A stretch of DNA of 62,656 nucleotides, filler included, from Catajapyx aquilonaris (lineage: Eukaryota), in the NCBI GenBank assembly GCA_000934665.2. It is 4 parts of 4 records of this genome, joined end to end, with 100 filler letters (N's around TTAATTAATTAA, not from the genome) between each part and the next. Parts side by side here need not be neighbours in the genome. Positions count along the whole stretch, not along the records: positions 47,122 to 62,656 come from KZ539691.1; 3 more parts are not named here. One strand, written 5' to 3'. The position numbers and the translations under genes are program-made. The notes under the pieces were generated by a model that made no database searches, was not told the origin of the DNA, and saw only the letters and a program-made list of their open reading frames with translations. Positions 60,562 to 62,656 of the stretch are shown piece after piece; the stretch's first letter is position 1; the number at the start of each line of letters is the position of its first letter.

Positions 60562-60873
60562 TTTTTATACGCGGTTTTTATGCCCTTATTTTTATGGGCA
60601 AATTTTTACACTTCCCTTTTGTAACCCTTTTACAGTAGACTAGTTGAGAATTAGTGACGATGCACTATGTGTGGTGTTTTTATTACTCCCATGTCTGTAC
60701 ATATCAATTGACATGAATGCAAGCTGGCTCGCTTGGGACCATTTATTTGCCTCCTATACAGTGTGCTTTTTATTGTACAAATATAGCCATTTTCAGCCCC
60801 AAGCTGCCTTTATGAAGTGAAAAAATCGACCCTTTCTCTGGAATTTGAGCAACTGTAGTTTTACGGAATTAAA
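60562..60873 (+). promoter_or_regulatory. Cyclin B3 3' UTR elements: five CPE-like TTTTTAT, Pumilio element, ATTAAA
   Basis: TTTTTAT at 60562, 60575, 60589, 60677 and 60767; TGTACATA 60696-60703; ATTAAA 60868-60873. Confidence 0.6.
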
Positions 60874-61376
60874 AAGGATTGACATGTGATCATGTACAAA
60901 TGTTTCTTATCTATTTTTTAGCTTCCCACAAGTAGCAATCTTGTAGAGAGAACAAATTCAGCAGCCTTATGATAATACATTAGAGTAGCGAAATTATCTT
61001 CTGGCCAATGGCCCAAAAATAACCATGCAAGATAACACGGGTTAATCCTACCAATAAGCAAGAGGAAAAAACTGACCAGATATATCTCACATTGTTTGCA
61101 TTGACAAGTTGCAGTAACATTAACAAAATTCTCCTGCTTCCATGTGAATGAGTGTAAAAACTTGGAAGTGCAACTAAGTTATAGGATATACTAAGGCATC
61201 ATCCAACTACTATATTTCGCAGAGGTAGTGTGCCTTTGGCAACAAAGAATGTCACTAAAGCTAACCTCCCAATGCCCTAAAAAAAACCTACAAAATGTGG
61301 CCTGATGCTCACCAACCATCCCAAAGACAAGCCTTGAGCTATGCAACTGAGAATAACAAAAATTATTTCTTGGTCC

Positions 61377-61592
61377 TCATTCCACTTGTACTGCCACTGA
61401 AGCTTCCTCCCCAATTGATAGCCTTCGCTCATCAATCCTTACGCACCGAGGGCACTTTTTTCGTGCTTGAAAGCATGTTGAGTGGTAACATGCAAGGCAG
61501 TTTGGACAGCGAGATACTCGTGGCCACTGGAATGGGAAGATGATATCTTCATTGCGGCACACCTCGCATATGAAGCCTCGTGCTTGGCAGAG
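61377..61592 (-). CDS. RUBCN: Rubicon-family protein (RH zinc-binding domain), last exon
   Basis: LCQARGFICEVCRNEDIIFPFQ...CPNCLACYHSTCF...CPRC resembles recalled Rubicon [28 protein letters not shown] acceptor, phase 0. Confidence 0.9.
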   Translation of the reverse strand, partial: LCQARGFICEVCRNEDIIFPFQWPRVSRCPNCLACYHSTCFQARKKCPRCVRIDERRLSIGEEASVAVQVE

Positions 61593-61702
61593 CTGGAAAC
61601 AAAACATAAGGTTCTCAAATGCGATGTTAAACAATGTATGAGTACATTAACCCTTTGAGATGAATTTATTACAAGTATAAAATGTGCAACATATTGCCTC
61701 AC

Positions 61703-61859
61703 CTGGCAAGACTTGGCATGCTGCATACCACTCTCGACTAGTGCCTTCAGTCTCAGTACCAAGTCACCTGACTTGACATCTAGCAGGTCCTTTATGGAGT
61801 AGTTATGCACATCATCTGAGATGAGATGAGCAGCCTCTGACCTGATGCTTTGGATCACA
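61703..61859 (-). CDS. RUBCN: Rubicon-family protein, penultimate exon
   Basis: HLISDDVHNYSIKDLLDVKSGDLVLRL...HAKSCQ. TTTCAG acceptor and CAG|GTGAGG donor, with phases consistent with both neighbours. Confidence 0.88.
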
Positions 61860-62499
61860 CTGAAACATAATAGAAGAGGTTACCATCGACATTTCACTTT
61901 TGTAATTTACATTTGTCGACAGTTTTTGTAACAAGCAATCTACAGCTGTAACATTGGCTTCCCTGCTGATCATGTTCTAAATGGCTGATAAGGAGTACTG
62001 ATTCCTGGAAGCAGTCACCAGGATAGTCCAGTTGGATAATAATTCGGCCAATGCTACATAATTATCAAAAAACCGACTCAACTCCAGCTGATATGAGCAA
62101 CACAAGAAGACAGTATGGAACAGTGCCACCATGTAACATACCAGTTTGAGCAAATCATTTTCAGAGAGATGGAATTCTCGTCCAATACACCTTTTTGTCC
62201 AATGACCAAATGCCACGTTTCAGCACTGAGGGAAGATCCCAGTTGGAGGATTTATTCTTGCTAAAGTTATGTTTATTGTTGACAAAAGTAAGTAGGAGGA
62301 AACTTGATCAGGGGCTTCAACTATGCCTTTGGTCTTTGAACTAAAATGCTGCTTGATGAAATGGTTGGGTGACATTTCCCAGGATGATACATCTTTGCAC
62401 ATGCAACTATGACCCAAGTCCCCTGAAGTGACCCAATTTAGGGCAAATATGCTGGGGGGAAGAGGAAACTGAAAAGCTTATGCTTGCTGTAATGATTAC

Positions 62500-62656
62500 C
62501 TGGTAGCGAAGCGACAGTTGAGTAGATAATCCTTGAGGTAACAGAGCTGCAGCCTGAGACCCCATGCAGTCTGGAGTGACTTGACCCTCCTGTAGAGTAC
62601 CTCATTAAGGTCCTTAATGTTGAATAGTGGATCTTGGTGCATGCTCTCCAGGAGCT
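62500..62656 (-). CDS. RUBCN: Rubicon-family protein, upstream exon (partial, runs off the right edge)
   Basis: Manual translation LLESMHQDPLFNIKDLNEVLYRRVKSLQTAWGLRLQLCYLKDYLLNCRFAT, with phase-2 donor AG|GTAATC. Confidence 0.88.

Overview
Repeat-rich animal genomic DNA, probably arthropod (inferred from protein style only). It is split by three artificial 100-nt N/TTAATTAATTAA/N spacers (15571, 31214, 47022) and one N gap (50719-50872). Host genes: a complete 5-coding-exon cyclin B3 gene (+, 57548-60543, about 424 aa); the 3' exons of a convergent Rubicon-family gene (-, 61377 to the right edge); the first coding exon of a divergent Na+/K+-ATPase beta subunit (-, 56120-56261); and the first coding exon of FOXRED2 (-, 31463-31664). 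The left edge holds the 5' part of a Ty3/Gypsy element on the minus strand: LTR, tRNA-Leu-like PBS, a 15-bp array in the leader, gag with one in-frame stop, a GGGAAAC -1 frameshift site plus hairpin, and the protease. The rest is dominated by non-autonomous DNA transposons, many of them long foldbacks (hAT, Sola-like, Kolobok-like, Tc1/pogo-like), two tRNA-derived SINE families (5 copies with TSDs), further LTRs, a mariner relic and microsatellites. Most short ORFs in the supplied track are noise. I found no clearly novel protein-coding system. The best leads are cis-acting: CPE motifs of cyclin B3 that double as poly(A) signals of the antisense Rubicon gene, a CCAAT/Myb/CHR G2/M-type promoter, a 16+16-nt P-element-like excision footprint, and the retroelement leader architecture.
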